DNA of 64,000 nucleotides from Bilabrum cf. latius (taxonomy: Eukaryota): positions 496,001-560,000 of the forward strand of contig OZ237770.1 in NCBI GenBank assembly GCA_965178125.1, in the 5' to 3' direction. Of the stretch, positions 22,638-43,249 are shown one piece after another. The position numbers were made by a program, and so were the translations under genes. The notes below the pieces were generated by a model. It was not told where the DNA came from, searched no databases, and saw nothing but the letters and a program-made list of their open reading frames with translations. Every line of letters starts with the position of its first letter. Positions within the stretch are counted from its first letter, which is position 1.

Positions 22638-25600
22638 TCATCCATGGACGGCTCCAGGAGGGATTGCGTTGGCGCCTGGCTCATCGTCCGCCGTCGCCTG
22701 CGCCACCTCCACGCCCGACCCGTCCGCCACCCCCGCACCCAGCCCGCCTGCGGCTGCATCCGTGTTGCTTGGAGATCTCGCCTGCACCTTCACGTCGCTG
22801 GGCCGGCGACCTGCCCACGAGCCACCGTCCGCTGCAGTGCCCACGTGCGATGCCCCCGCCGCCCCCCTGGGCCCCTAGGAGGCCGCCCCACTGGCCCCCC
22901 CTTGCCCCCTGCTGGGGGCCAGGGTCTTGCCCACGGTGTGAAGGGCCTTGGCGTTCTGCCTCTTCATGAGGTAGCCCCCTCCCCCCCTCCTGCGCTGGGC
23001 CTCCAGCAGCTTGGTCCTCATGAGCTCCTTGGTGTACGGCTTGCCCAGCACCACGTCGAACCCAGCGCCGTAATACATGGCCTCGGCCTTGGCCCCCACA
23101 TCCACAGTGGCGGCGATGATGGGCATCCGCACGTTGCGCTTCTCCCGCAGCAGCTGACAGGCTTCAATCCCGCCCATGCGCTGCATCAGGATGTCCATCA
23201 CGATGCAGTCGAAGGGCCGGGCAGCCGCATCCAGCGCCTTCTCCACCTGATCCCCGTCGGTGCACGTGGCCACTGTGCACCCCAGCTTGACCAGCAGCCG
23301 CTGGGCGAAACGCAGGGCACTCCGCTCGTCATCCACAAGCAGCACGTGCATGCGGAGCAGACCGCCGTCTGCAGCGGCCTGTCTTGCCCGACGGGACTGC
23401 ACCGCCGCGGCCCCGCCCCCCGCGCCCCCCCCTGCCTGGCTCCCGAAATCACCATCCTCGTCATCTTCCTCATCGTCATCCCGCCCACCGCGTGCCTGCC
23501 GTTGCCCACCCGCAGCCCCGACCTCCCCCTACCCCAGGCGCACCACCGGCTCCGCAGTGCCCGCCCCCTGCCCCTCCAGGTCCAGCACCGCCCTCAGACC
23601 GGCGTCGTCCAGCTCCCCCGTCTGCCCGTCCATGGCCTCCTCCAGCTTCTCCAGAGAGGCCCGAGCAGCCGCCTGAGCCTGCTCTGCCACCTCGGTCAGA
23701 TCCACCGGGGCCGCGTCTGCCTTGCCACCCTTCCTGGCATCCTGCCCCGCGCCCATGCCGCCCAGCACGGCCGCCCGCAGGTCCAGGCGCTGTGCCTCGG
23801 CCGCCCGAGCCAGAGCCAGACTGCGCATGGGGCACTTGGCGTAGGTGGCCGCAGGGAACAGCGACAGCACGGTGTGGTCCTGTCGCGCCCGCGCATCGTC
23901 TCCCTGCAGCTGCTGCAGGTCAAAGTCACCCGCCTCCTTGGATTCCTCGGGTGTCCCGAAGGGCACGGCGAACCACAGCCGCAGCATCCCACGTGACTCG
24001 GCCAGCCCCGCCGCCCCCCTCGCCACTCGCTCGCACAGCGCCCTCACCAGGGGCGCGAACAGACGGACCCGCGTGTCCCGCATGCCTGCAGACGCCCCCA
24101 TGAGCACGGCCCGCCCCCGGCCCCCCTCCTGGCCCCCCTCCCCCTCCTTGCCCTCTTCGGCCAGGTGGGCCATCAGCTCGTCCAGGGAGGGACCCCCCAG
24201 CTCGGGCCCGCGTGCCACCACCTCCACGATCACTCTCCGCCTGGAAGTGGTCACGGCCACGAGCACGGCGGGAGGACCCGTGCCCCTGCCCCCCGCCGCC
24301 ACCTGCAGCGCGGGCATCACGTCCTCCTCCTCGTCCTCGTCGTACGTGTCCCCCATGGCCCCCTCCGCGTGCTTGGCTGCCAGAGCCAGAGCGCCCACGA
24401 ACATGCGGCGGAAGGTCTCGTGGTCCGCCACCACCACAGGGGGCACATCGTCGTCGATCCACAGGCCCACGCCGCCCTGCCCGCACATGGCCCGCACCTG
24501 CCTGCACCACGCCACAGCCTTGGCCCGCACCGACAGCTCGATGGGATCGCTGGAGAGGCTGTCCTCGGCCCCCTCGTCGCCCGCCTCTAGCCCCCCCTTC
24601 TGGAGGCCCAGCAGCGAGTCCAGGTCCTAAGAGGTGGCGTGGCGGATGTCGTTGGAGGACAGCGAGGAGGCCTTGCTCTTGTCGCTCTTGTCGCTCTTGT
24701 CCGCCTTGCGCACGGCCCCTTCGCCCCTCCGCTGGGCCGCCCGAGCCGCCGCCAGCTCTGTCTGCGTGACGGCCACCAGCGCCTCGGTGATGACCCCCAC
24801 GTACTGCCCCGCGGAGAGCAGGTCCAGTAGTGCCTATTGTGCGGCAGGACTCGCGTCCTCTGCCTCTGCCAGGGGCAGCACGTCCTCGGCCGAGTTCCTC
24901 AGCACCTGTATGCTCGAGTTCAGCTCGTGGGAGGCAGCCCCCACCACCCCCTTTGCCACGGCCAGGTCCAGGAGACCCCTCCTGGCCAGCAGACGGGCCA
25001 CATGCCTCGCCGCCAGACGGGCCCCCTCCTGCTTGGCGAGGCTCAGCTGCTCGCTGGCTGGACCCCCATCTGTGGCACCGTTCTAGCCCTACCCCTAGCC
25101 CTGCCCAGATCCAGATGCAGCCCCCCCCCTGCGAGCATGCCCCCCGCGTGCCTCGACACCGCCCCCCCCGCCCGCCGGCCTCTCCACGAGGATGAGCTGC
25201 ACGTCGGCGTGGTCTGCAGGGTTGCCCGGCATGGTCCTCTTCAGGGAGGCCTGTCTGGCCTTGGGCTTGGGGCGGGCCCCGTGCGCGTGCTTGGTGGCCA
25301 CCACCAGGATGGAGAAGTCTGCGGGAGAGAGAGGCAGGCAGGGGAGGAGGAGGAGGAGAAATAGGGCGGAGGAGGATGGAGAAAGAGGGCACGGGGCGGG
25401 AAATTGGGGGAGGGGTGGAGGAGGCAAGAAGAGACAGGGGGAAAAGCAAAAGGAGAGAGAGAAACTAAAGCGCGCAAGGACAGAAGAACGGGGAGAGGCG
25501 CGATGTGATGAGTGCAAGGGTGCATGGCCAGGTCAATTCTGGCCCTCGTGCTGCGCTCACTCCTGGGCCCGACTCGCTGCCTGTCCCACTGGCCCCGCAG

Positions 25601-25933
25601 CACCACGCTCCCGCTGCCACCACTCGCGGGCGCCTTGCTCGTGGCCTGCTGAGCGGCGTCCTCGATGCGGGCCGCCCACCGATCCACACTCTCCGGCGTG
25701 AGCCCAGAGAGGAGGTCTGCCTGGCTGCCCAGCGCATCAAGCCGCCGGCTACTGCCCCCGTGAGCATTGGGCTGGCCGTGCTTGGAGCCACCCAGCTCCG
25801 AGGAGGAGGCCGTCAGCACGCTGTACGCCCCTGGAGAGGCGTAACTGAGGCGGAGCTGCGTAAATTGGGATGTGATGTTTTGCTGGAAGTAAGCTCTTGC
25901 TGCAAGACGGAGCGCTTCCAATGGGTGCAGCAT
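22638..25933 (-). CDS. Hybrid histidine kinase-like/response regulator protein; 7 in-frame TAG; intron 25319-25560; 5' end uncertain
   Basis: Receiver domain VLLVDDE...FDCIVMDILM...GGIEA...PIIAAT...GFDVVLGKP. H-box-like SHEL (His at 24927-24929). Degenerate HATPase. Frame-preserving GTGAGC...polypyrimidine-CCGCAG intron. Ends TGA at 22638. Confidence 0.75.
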
Positions 25934-26468
25934 ACGCGAAACCGATCCAACGACACTGATCCGAGACGCGTGAATCGTCGTGGCAGAATCCGAGCAGACA
26001 CGTCGCCGGTACCAGTCGCATCAAAACTTAGCTTCACTCACATCGATTCCGGCCCTCATCACTGCGATGTCCGGGTCTTGCTCAAGTAGAGCTAGGGAGG
26101 CCCAGCCATGCGACGCCGCCTCTCGTGAGACCTGGAGGCCATCCGGAGGTCCCTGCCCGCTCACTGCGCCTGCGAACAACCAAATGGTACAGTGATAATC
26201 ATTGGTAGGGTTGTGCGCGGATACATCGAGCCAACTATTGGAGAGGTGACATTCCGCTTCCAAAAGGCCTCGTAGTCACGACACCCTGATGTTCCACTTC
26301 AATGCAGCCAAAACACTGGTCAGTGTGATAACAAATCCCCTTCTTGTTCTTACCTGATGCCGTAGACTGTCCACAGCCCATTCGAATAGGAAGGGGATTG
26401 GTACAATATCAGTTCAACGATCGAAGTTGCACGCGCCAGGGCGTGTAAGTAAATAGTGCGACCCGATT

Positions 26469-33860
<7,392 letters not shown>

Positions 33861-33994
33861 TCGCTGCCAATGATCGTAGATTATTGTTTTGTGCTCCAAT
33901 CTGGATCGAGTGGACACGACATCAATAGATATATGCATGGCATGCATCGACGTTTACACGCAATCCGGACCATGGGCCACCAATCTTGCACGAA

Positions 33995-35806
33995 TCAGCA
34001 CAGCAGTGGCCCAAGTGCGCTCTCCATCGCACTGACCAGCACATCGATGGCCGCCACGACCCCAACCACCACCGCAGTGCGCTGCAGCCTCGCCAGGTAC
34101 TTCCTCCACTGCTGCAGGTCCTCCACGGGGGTTCTTGCTGGGCCTAGCAGTGCACTGCACCCGCTGAACGACACCGCCCGCTGCACCTGCCACGGCTGCC
34201 CAACGCCCCCTACGTTCCCTGTGGCATTCGCGCAGGCCACCTGCAGCTCCCCGCACTCCCCCACCTCCCTGTACCCCCGCCACTCCGCCCCCAGAAGCGC
34301 CCGCCCGGTCCTCTCTTCCACCTCATCTATCCTCAGCCGCACGGTGCCCCCGCCCCCCGACTGCACATCGGACCAGAAGGTGCCTGCCTCCAGGCCCTGC
34401 AGCTGCCCAGGGTCCCTCTCTGGGTCAAAGCAGGGGCCTTCGAGCCGCCGCTCCATGCCCACCGTGCTGTAGTCCACCCAGGCCTAATAGGAAGGGCCCA
34501 CCGCCCGCCTGCCCGTCGCTGTCAGCGCCGCTGCTCTCCTCTCCCCCTCACTCGTCACCTCCTGCCTCAGTCCCACGTCACAGAACCACTGTTCCCTGTG
34601 CCCCGGGTCCTGCACACCCAGGACATCATAGTACCCCAGCCAGCGGGAGGGCTGGCAGCCCCCGTCCGGCCCACTCGTCACCCAGTTGCTGACCGTGTAC
34701 CCCGCAGTGCCGCTGCAGTCTCGCTGTGGGCGGGTGCGGAAGCTGACCGGAGCGGTTGCCCCCTCCTCGCCCCCCTGCTGATCCAATAGCTCGTCATCTC
34801 GCCCTAGCCCGGGACAGCCAAGCTGCTGCCCCACTGGCTCGGACCAGAGCCACACCGTGCCGTTCTGCCGGGCCAGAGGGGCCACTCGCGTGCCTCGGTC
34901 GGGGAAGGACCCCCTGATCACGTGTTCCGGCCTGTCTCCCAGCGCCCACACCAGCCGCTGCCTGCATCCCTCCGCCCTGTTCCCCTCCGTTGCACGCATG
35001 CCGCTGAATGAGGGGATCTGGCTGAACAGGGGCCCCACAGCGCAGTCGTGTCTGAACCACGAGTGGTCGATGCCGGCATCCCCCCACGGATTGTGCCCAT
35101 GGGTGGTGTCTACCTTCGAACCGTTGAGCAAATCCCGGCTAAAGGGGTGAACCACCTCTCCCCCAGCCCCAGCCCCGGCTGAGTGCCTCAGCACGATTGG
35201 CAGAAAGAAGGCAAGCAGGGCGGTGACCGAGGCTGCGTGCGTGCACTTGAGCGTCCATGCGGGTGCACTGGTCCTAGAACACCACTTGGCCTCCGGTAGC
35301 ATCTTGTCTCTGATCACTATGCGGTGCCATCTCCAGCCGAGCATGCACAGTGACGCGGCTGTCCACAGGTACGGCAGCCACTGGAACGATGCGGCGCGAG
35401 CTGGATTGTCGAGGTCGAACATTGGACCTCGATCAAGCGTGTGGTACACAATGTTCCAGCCCAGCCATGACGCTTGTACTGGTTCCGCGAGCAACCGCGG
35501 GAATGCCAGCGACATGAGCGAGTGGGACAGGACTGCCGAGGCACCGATTGTCCAGAGAACGACTTGGGAGATGAGAACAGCAGTCATGCGCTGCCGTTCA
35601 GTTTTAACCTTGGCCTGGTATCTAACTTCGTGGCTTTTTTGCTGCAAAGAATCGCCAGGGACGACTGTAGCCGACGCTGATCCGCCGTGCAGTTCAGCGT
35701 CGTCGTCGCTGCTAGATGCAACGCCAACATCATATTCCTACGAGTTCTGCCCCTCTCCAGGCTGTTCAAAAGGTGTAAACTGGGTTACTGGGGCTGCTGA
35801 TGACAT
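33995..35806 (-). CDS. Multi-pass membrane protein of unknown function; 2 in-frame TAG
   Basis: ATG at 35806, TAG at 35738 and 34484, ends TGA at 33995. Several hydrophobic segments (AVLISQVVLWTIGASAVL, AASVTALLAFFLPIVL, AVVVGVVAAIDVLVSAM). Confidence 0.6.
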
Positions 35807-36313
35807 GATACTACCATCCTAGTTCAGCCAAAAATTTAGCTTGGGCGATGCGAGCACGAACGGCAACCAATTCGAGGTTCGCTGGCAGCACTGCTGAGGT
35901 TCGTTCGGAACGAGCAGCAGCACGACCTTAAAAAAATGCAAAAGGAATGTTGCGGAGGGCATGGAAGGGCATTTCCTCTTTGTTTAAACCAAAGTCGAAT
36001 AAACATCTCAAGGGCCCCGAGAAGCTGGTGAGGATGTATCGGTTTGCTCACGCACGATTCATCAAATTTGCGCAGAGGCATCCATTCCAGCTGCATTCCA
36101 GCCTCACACCACGCAGGCGAACCTAGACTTTTCGCTGGCATGCTCCGTATTTGAATGCAACGATTTGTATCTGCAAGGGGTTTCCAGGGATGAGGTACAG
36201 CTGTGAGTACTTCATGATTCGTCTCTCCGGGCTCCGGCCGCCGCACCAGCAGTACCGCAGTAGCACCGCCGCACCTAGAGTCCTGGCCCCGCAGTCGATT
36301 CCCAGCAATCCAG

Positions 36314-37456
36314 ATGAAATGGCGAGCGCATCCGCTGCGTTCCAAGATCCACCAAGCGAACGAGGCTGCGGTAGCCCAGGTATCAGACCTGCTGCAGCAC
36401 CTGCACGACGTGGACCATGGTGACCTCCCCACGCCGGCCTTCCTCCCGCGGCTGGAGCAGCCCCTCGGTCCGGACGGGGAGGCTCTGCCCATGACGGCGG
36501 ACGATGCCCCCTCCATCGGACCCAGCTCGCACACGAACCCGCTCCCCACCGCCGATCTGGTCTACAGGGCGCTGCAGGCGGACGAGGCAGCGGACGCGAT
36601 GCAAGCGCTCAGGACTCTGGTGGGGGCACGCGCGGGCTTTTCTCTGTGGCTGGGGCCCTCGCAGGCTGCCACTCCCGACAACAAGGCGGGGCTGTACCTC
36701 AGGGGAGCGGTGCCCCCCGGGACCGTGGTGGGCATGTACCCAGGGGCGGTCTACAGCAAGGAGATGCTGCAGCGGCCGGCGGACTACGGGCACCTGGGAG
36801 ACCCAAGGCGGCCCCGCATGCTGATCCCCAGGCTGGACGGGACCGTGGTGGACGCCCTGGGGCACACGCCTCCTGTGTTCAACCCCTTCGGACTGGCGCA
36901 CCACTGCAGACACCCTGCCCCCGGGGTGCAGCCCAACGTGATGCGGCTGCAGGTGGATTTCTTCGACCGGGAGCTGCTGCAGTCCGAGGCAGTGGCGCTG
37001 CCTAGGCACCTGCGGCCGTACCTTCCGAACGAGTGGGGCTCCAAGCTGAGCGGGGGGCAGGTGGCTGCCGCTGACTACGAGCACGCCGTGTGGATGAAGG
37101 GCATCGTGCTGGTCTCGCTCAGGGAGGTCAGGGACGAGGAGCTCTTCGTGGACCATCGGCTGAACCCGGGGAGGGAGCTGCCTGCGTGGTATGTGCCGGT
37201 GGATGCGGGGGCTGACAGGCGGCTGTGGCTGGCCACGGGGGCCCCTCGGCGGGTCATGCCCAGGGCGGCGATGGAGGAGGGGGGCATGCGGGAGGCGCTG
37301 CGGGAGCTGGAAGCGGCGCCGCTGGTGGACCCGGAGACTGGGGAAGAGATGCATACGGAAGGCGAATCCCAAGGTCTGTTGGCCGACAGCCAAGAGATCA
37401 AGACGGATGCAGGTGAGGGTGAAAAAGATGCGGGCGATAGATCGACTGCTTTGTGA
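36314..37456 (+). CDS. SETD9: SETD9-like SET-domain protein (5' exon possibly missing)
   Basis: AGLYLRG..PGTVVGMYPGAVY, RLDGTVVD, NPFGLAHHCRHP..PNV, YLPN, IVLVSLREVRDEELFVDHRL..PAWYVPVD. Ends TGA. Confidence 0.7.
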   Translation: MKWRAHPLRSKIHQANEAAVAQVSDLLQHLHDVDHGDLPTPAFLPRLEQPLGPDGEALPMTADDAPSIGPSSHTNPLPTADLVYRALQADEAADAMQALRTLVGARAGFSLWLGPSQAATPDNKAGLYLRGAVPPGTVVGMYPGAVYSKEMLQRPADYGHLGDPRRPRMLIPRLDGTVVDALGHTPPVFNPFGLAHHCRHPAPGVQPNVMRLQVDFFDRELLQSEAVALPRHLRPYLPNEWGSKLSGGQVAAADYEHAVWMKGIVLVSLREVRDEELFVDHRLNPGRELPAWYVPVDAGADRRLWLATGAPRRVMPRAAMEEGGMREALRELEAAPLVDPETGEEMHTEGESQGLLADSQEIKTDAGEGEKDAGDRSTAL

Positions 37457-37804
37457 TGACGAGGTATTGCGGCAGGTTCCTTGCTGGCATGAGATGTATG
37501 GTGCCCCGGTTCTTCTTACTATCGAAATATTGGACAATACCAGCCGATCTTCTCTGACAGAATGGACCCAAGACACGAACCTTCACGAACGTAAAGGAAC
37601 CGCCGACGCGCTCGCCTCGGCACCCAAATCAACAGCCGGAGGCACAATTGAACCTGGAGCGGAACAGTGCATTACTTGTAGCAACAGAAGCCGGTAAAAA
37701 ACATTCCATAGTCACCTTGCAAGTTATTTCCGGCTGTGCCCAAGTAGTTCATTCCATATTTGTGGGACTGGTTCGTGGACTCGTGAAGTAGTACCGCATC
37801 CAGG

Positions 37805-39286
37805 ATGGGCGTATGCTCTAGTTGCATTCCACAGAGCTCACGTTCGGTCGAATCTATCGGTTCAATAGAGCCAGTAGTAAGAAGGGATGTCAGTAGCCTC
37901 CAGTAGCGGAAAAGGCCCACCCAATCTAGCTCAGGGCACGAGGCAGCGACGCAGTTGGCTCGGAACCCATCAAACCGCATCAGAACAGCTGATGAATTCG
38001 GTATATCGCCACCTGACAAGCAGCGCTAGCACGCTGGCTAGTCTAAAAATGGTTTGAGAGCATATCGAAGCATGAGCGAGGGATGCATTGGTGGCGAGCT
38101 GCCGAGTGGCTCCAGGCTGCCTCGACGCTTGAAACGCTACGCGAACCACATTTAGGAGCACAGTCAGAGAATCCGGCGGAAGTACAAGCGGAAGCTGAGA
38201 GCACAGAGAATAAGGAAACAAAAACCAACCCTGGGCCCTTTGTATGCACCTGTGGAATCGCTCAATGTTCTTCGGGAGGCATCGAAGGAGCACGACAGCA
38301 GCTCCTCGCTGGGCAGCGCCGTGCGATCGCTTGATAGGAAGAGCTCTTCCATGCACTCCACGAGAACAAGCAAGACCAACGGGAGGCGAGCTGCGATCAA
38401 GGACCCGCCCGCAGCGCTCGTGGTCAGCGAGGACGGCAGCTTCGAATATCAGGAAACGAGCGACGGGCTTGATGGTCACGAAGCCGAGTCAAGCGGCAGC
38501 GGCAGCGGAGCATTCTGGAGGAGGCGCATTCGGTATAGCCCCACCAGTGCGCGGAAAAAGCTTTCGCGTGGCCTGGCAGAAGTGAGCGAGGACGGCGATG
38601 AGATTGTTGACGACGAGGACGAGGACGAACAGTCGAGCAGGTCGGGCGAGAGCGAGACGGAGCCCGAGCCAGTCGCGATGTCGGCTCTCGAGGCGAGATC
38701 ATCGGGGTCTTTGAGCCCTGCACACGAGACCTCTCGAGTGGTTCCAACCTCTCGCAGAGACAGGGCGCTTTCGATGGAAAGCGGGCTGGACTATCTCACT
38801 GTATTTGAGCGACAGACCCACCTGAGGTAGCGGGGGAGGGGTGGCATGCCAGCAGAAAGCGACATCATCCGGCACTCGTCAGTGCCTCTCAAGTCTGCAC
38901 TGGCAGCAGCTCCCAGGGTGCACGCTACCGTGTCTACTTTGGATGCAGTCCCACTGGCCCTCCCCAGCGGCCGGATTTCCACCCAGGCTGGCAGCACGCA
39001 CTCCCTTCAGGCGGACGGCAGCCTCACCAGCCTGGCACCTTCACACACCGGCAGCCAGTCGCAAGGGAGGGGAGGTCGGAAGATGCCAGCGGCGAGTGTG
39101 GCACACAGAGTGGAGGCTGCCCGGAGCCAGGCATCGTCTCAGCGCCAGTCTCTGTCCGGGTCGGAAGGTGATTCCGGGTCAATGACAGCCTCCGGCTCGC
39201 TGGTTGTTCCCCAGCTGGCACTCCTATCGCCTAAGGCAGCTCCCCCAGCTGGTGCAGCCGTCAGCACCAGCACGGTGCCACAGTGA
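37805..39286 (+). CDS. Hypothetical Ser-rich protein with N-terminal MGVCSSC (possible myristoylation/palmitoylation); 5 in-frame TAG
   Basis: Open from ATG 37805 to TGA 39284 when TAG at 37904, 38027, 38039, 38153 and 38828 is read as sense. Confidence 0.55.
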
Positions 39287-39442
39287 AACAATTGGGATTT
39301 GATTAGACGATCGGTAGGCCTTTGAAAAATCATGTGCATTGTTTCCAGATTTCGGTGATACTTTACTTGACTGTCGTGCACTGTTACCGTCTAGAGCACC
39401 GATTCTTGACAAGCATCCCGCAGCACCACTGCATGGTGGCTA

Positions 39443-42400
39443 TCACGCCGATTTGAGCAGCACCACTGCATGGTCGGGCAGCTCCGGCACACCCTCCCCT
39501 CCCTCCCTCCGGCCCCTACCCCTGAGCCAGTCCGCCACCCATGCCCCCTTGAGCCCCTGCACCTCCACCCCCTTGGCCTCCAGCAAGCTCTCCATCTCCC
39601 CCTGGCCACCTTTGCCTTTCTTACCCGGTCTCTTCTGCCGCGTCGCGCTGCGGGGCAAAGTGCCAGCAGCCGCATGCTCCTGAAAAGCGGCTAGCGAGGC
39701 CCTCAGGTCTGCGTCCGCTGCAGCAGAGGGCCGCAGGATGATCCCGCGACAGCCCGCCCGCAGCTGCCCCGAGGCTGGCACCAGCCCAGCCCCGCACCCC
39801 GCGGCATCCTGCAGCGCCTTGCGACAGGACTCCACGTCCACCCCGAAGGTCTCCAGACCACACACCACCGTCGTGCCTCTGCGCTTGCCCCGCGGCAGCT
39901 CCTGCACGGTGACGCACGGCGCCCCCGCCCCGCCCCTGGGCCGCACGATGGTGCCCCCGTCCGCCCTCCGCACAGCGAAGAAGTCCTGCCAGGGCCCCCC
40001 GTCCTGCTTGCCCAGGGAGATCCGTCGATGGGCCTCCTCCAAGGGCAGCACCGCCATGCGATGCACCAGCTCCTTGGGCGCCTTCACGTGAGGCAGCCGC
40101 TCGTGTGACAGGGCCACCAGCATCGACACCTGCTCGGGGCTCAGAGAGGTGTCGTGTGACGAATGCGATGCCAGCCCCAGCATGCGCCCCGCCACTCCTT
40201 CGCACCACGCTCGAATGGTCCTTGCCCTTCGCTTCCCGTATTCGGCCGCTGCCTCCAGCGCATCTCCCTGCAGCTGCACCCCGGCCGCGGCAGCCAGGCT
40301 CAGGTCAAGCCGCAGGCCGGGCACACGGCTACCCCCGGCCCCGCCTGCCGATCCTTTGCCCTTGCCCTTGCCCTTGCCCTTGCCCTTGCCTTTCCCCTTG
40401 CCCTTGTCCCCTCTTGGCCCCTGCCCTCGCCCTGCCCCGCCCCTGCTCCCGCCATTGCCCCCGCCCCTTGCCCTGGCCCCTCCCACCAACAGGGGGTCAT
40501 CCACTGGCACCGCGTCCCGCAGTCCCCAGTGCACTGCATAGCTCTGCAGCACTGCACGCAGCTCTGCATCCGTGGCCATCGCCGCACCAAGCTGAGTATC
40601 CCGTGCGGGTGTTCCATGTGCTGGGCTCATGAGTCGCTCTCCTCCCCTCTCCTTGCGACCTCCCGGATACCGCAGCAGCAAGAGGGGGGGCGCGGGGTAC
40701 CTCTGCCGGAGCCAGCTGGGAGGGGGCTGGGGCAGAGCATCCAGGTCCACCACCTCCTCCTCTTCCTCCACTTCCTCCTCCTCCACGGCACCATCATCAC
40801 CATCACCATCACCAATGGCTGCCTTAGCATCCTGTCTAGCATCAGCAGTGTCCTAGACTCGTCTATCTTCGCCAGGGGAAGTCGCACTATCTGCCCCAAC
40901 CTCCCAGGCAGTGGTCCCACCAGCCGCACCCTCTCTGGGCTCCCCCTCACCCTCTCTGGTTACGCCTGCATCTGCATCTGCATCTGCATCTGCGCCACCT
41001 GACCTATCCCTCTCCCTCTCCTTATCGCTCTCCTCCTCAGCTTTCAACCAGGAACCCACCTTGGCGCCACCTGCGGCGGCGTCCTGCCATGTGACGAGTG
41101 CAGCCCGCAGCCAAGCCCTGAGGGGATGCTCGATGGGCTCCCCGTCATCTATCACCAGTCCTCCACCCGCTCCTCCTCCTCTATCTGCCCCAGGAGAAGC
41201 ACTCGTCACAGGATCAGCTCTCCCAGCCGCACTGCCACCCAGCATTGCAGCTGTGACCCCGCTGCTGCTGCTGCTGCCCCTTGCATCACTGGGTGCAGCT
41301 GCCGCATCCCCACCACGACCCCCTGCACCCTCCTGCGGGGCACAGAACCACGCCAGATCCCCGTCCCAGACCCTGGCCCGCAGAGCCCTCTGTCTCTCCT
41401 CTCCCCCGGGGCACAGCCTGCCCCCCGAATACAGCCCCTTGAGCTCCAGGAGATCCACCCGAGCAGCCCCGCGAAGAGCGTCCAGCGCCTCCCGCCGCGC
41501 CGCCTCCTCATCCTGCAAGCGGCTCTCCTTGAAACCGGAACTGCGCTCCGGAGCCCACCGCTTGTGTTCCCTGGACGACTGTGCCTCTGGCCGAGCCCGC
41601 ACCACCCACAAGTCCCAGGCGCCCTTCTTGGGGGGACCTGCCTTGGCACCTGCTGCCACTGCCTCGGCCTGCGCTGCACCGGCCCGTTCGGCTTCCTCCG
41701 CGGTAGCCTGTGGCCGCGTGAATGCCAGCTGCAGCGGCCCGCTACCTCCGTCCTCCGCCGCGAGGGCATGCATGAGCTTGCCCCATTTCTTCCACCGCGA
41801 GGAGGACACTCGGGGCCTGCGGGCCTGCAGGGCGGCAGGCAGCACAAACTGCGCCACGAACCGCTGCAGCAGCATGGGCAGTGCGGCGGATTGCTTGGCA
41901 GGGGTGTTCAGGTGCCTGGCCACCGCTTGCAGCACGCAGGCCCGGCAATACGCAGAGGCATCCATGGCTAGAGCCTATGCCTCCGCCTCGGCCGATTGCC
42001 CGCCGGACTCAGAGCCGGCTCCCGCTTCAAGCTTGGCAGCCTCATCAGAGCCAGCTCCCGAGGATGGCCCTGTCCCTGTCCCTGCCCCTGTGCCTGGGGC
42101 CGAGGCGTCCTCAGAGTCGGTTCCGCCCCCTTGCGTGGCGCCCTCCATGACCCTCTGCTCCCATCCCCCGTCGATGGCTCGCACCACCCCCTGGCCCAGA
42201 AAGCCGCACTGCGCCAGAGCCGCAGGTGCCCCCCGCAGGCCCGCTGGCACCAGTGCCTCCCAGTGCGCGTCCCCGAAGCACAGCAGCGGCCTCACGAGCC
42301 TCCCCTTCCAGCCCGTGGACCGACAGGCCCCCACCTCCTGAGTGAGCACTCCCACGGCGAATGGAAGCGGGTTGCCCACGGTTCTCAGAGAGACTAGGCT

Positions 42401-43249
42401 GCCGCGCTTCACGGGAGCGGGGGGCTGCCACTGCCGAGGCACTCCGCCCGCGAAGAGCTCCGCCCCATCGAGCACTCTGGGCGCCACCCCCGGCCAGCAG
42501 GGAACAGAGGGCAGCAGCCAGGGGGACCTCCACAGGGCGAACACCGTGGGGACCAGCGTGCTGGAGGGAGGGGGCACGTCAAGGGGGAGTCCGACCGGAC
42601 CAGCGCCAGCAGGATCTGCGCCTTTGGCTCCCTTCTTCCCTTTACCCTTGCCCTTGCCTCCTTTTTTCCCCTTGGCCCCCTTCTTGGGTCCACCGGGCTC
42701 CTCGCCTGGCTTGGGCGGCATCGGCGGGGGCCCACTGTTCTTGTCGTCGCAATCGATAAATAAACCAAACCGATCTGCCTCTGCCCCGAGAGTGCCTGCA
42801 ACGGCGTCGATCGCCTGCCACGCGCCTTTGAGTGCGGCGACCTGCGCCTCGGGAACGGCGGGCGTGGCACCGGGAGCAGCAACAGGCGCTGGGGCGGAAT
42901 GATCTTCCTCGCCACCTGCCGGGTCGGCCCTTGAAGTAGGATCAGCAGTTGCGATATCTTCTACTGCTGGGCACCCCTCTTTGTCGTCACCGTCTCCCTC
43001 TGCACCCGCTCCGCTCGGTCTGGCCCGCTTGGAGCTTGCAAGTGCTTGTTCAACAGCAGCAAGCCGCTCTACGCCATCGAATCTAGCAAGGTCGGTCCAC
43101 TCCCCCATGAAAACGGACATGTGAGCAGCACATCGAGCCAAGCTCGCTGAAGGTCCTAGTATTCCCTGAACTTCGCTCTCCTCTGCTCGGAAGGCCCATG
43201 ACAAGTGCGCTTTGGTCTACCGGACCTGCTTGGCTCGCAACTTGGTCAT
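39443..43249 (-). CDS. EIF2D: Eukaryotic translation initiation factor 2D (ligatin): PUA and SUI1 domains; 3 in-frame TAG; start uncertain
   Basis: LVPTVFALWRSP..LP, VLDGAELFAGGV..GSLVSL..GNPLPFAVG (pre-PUA/PUA). C-terminal RGKRRGTTVVCGLETFGVD...VEVQG (SUI1). TAG at 43217, 41975 and 40853. Ends TGA. Confidence 0.8.

Noticed and set aside
26021-26263. 80-aa ORF as the first exon of the histidine-kinase gene
   Set aside because: It is in the same frame but closed by TGA at 26021, and I could not define a convincing intron. Left unassigned.
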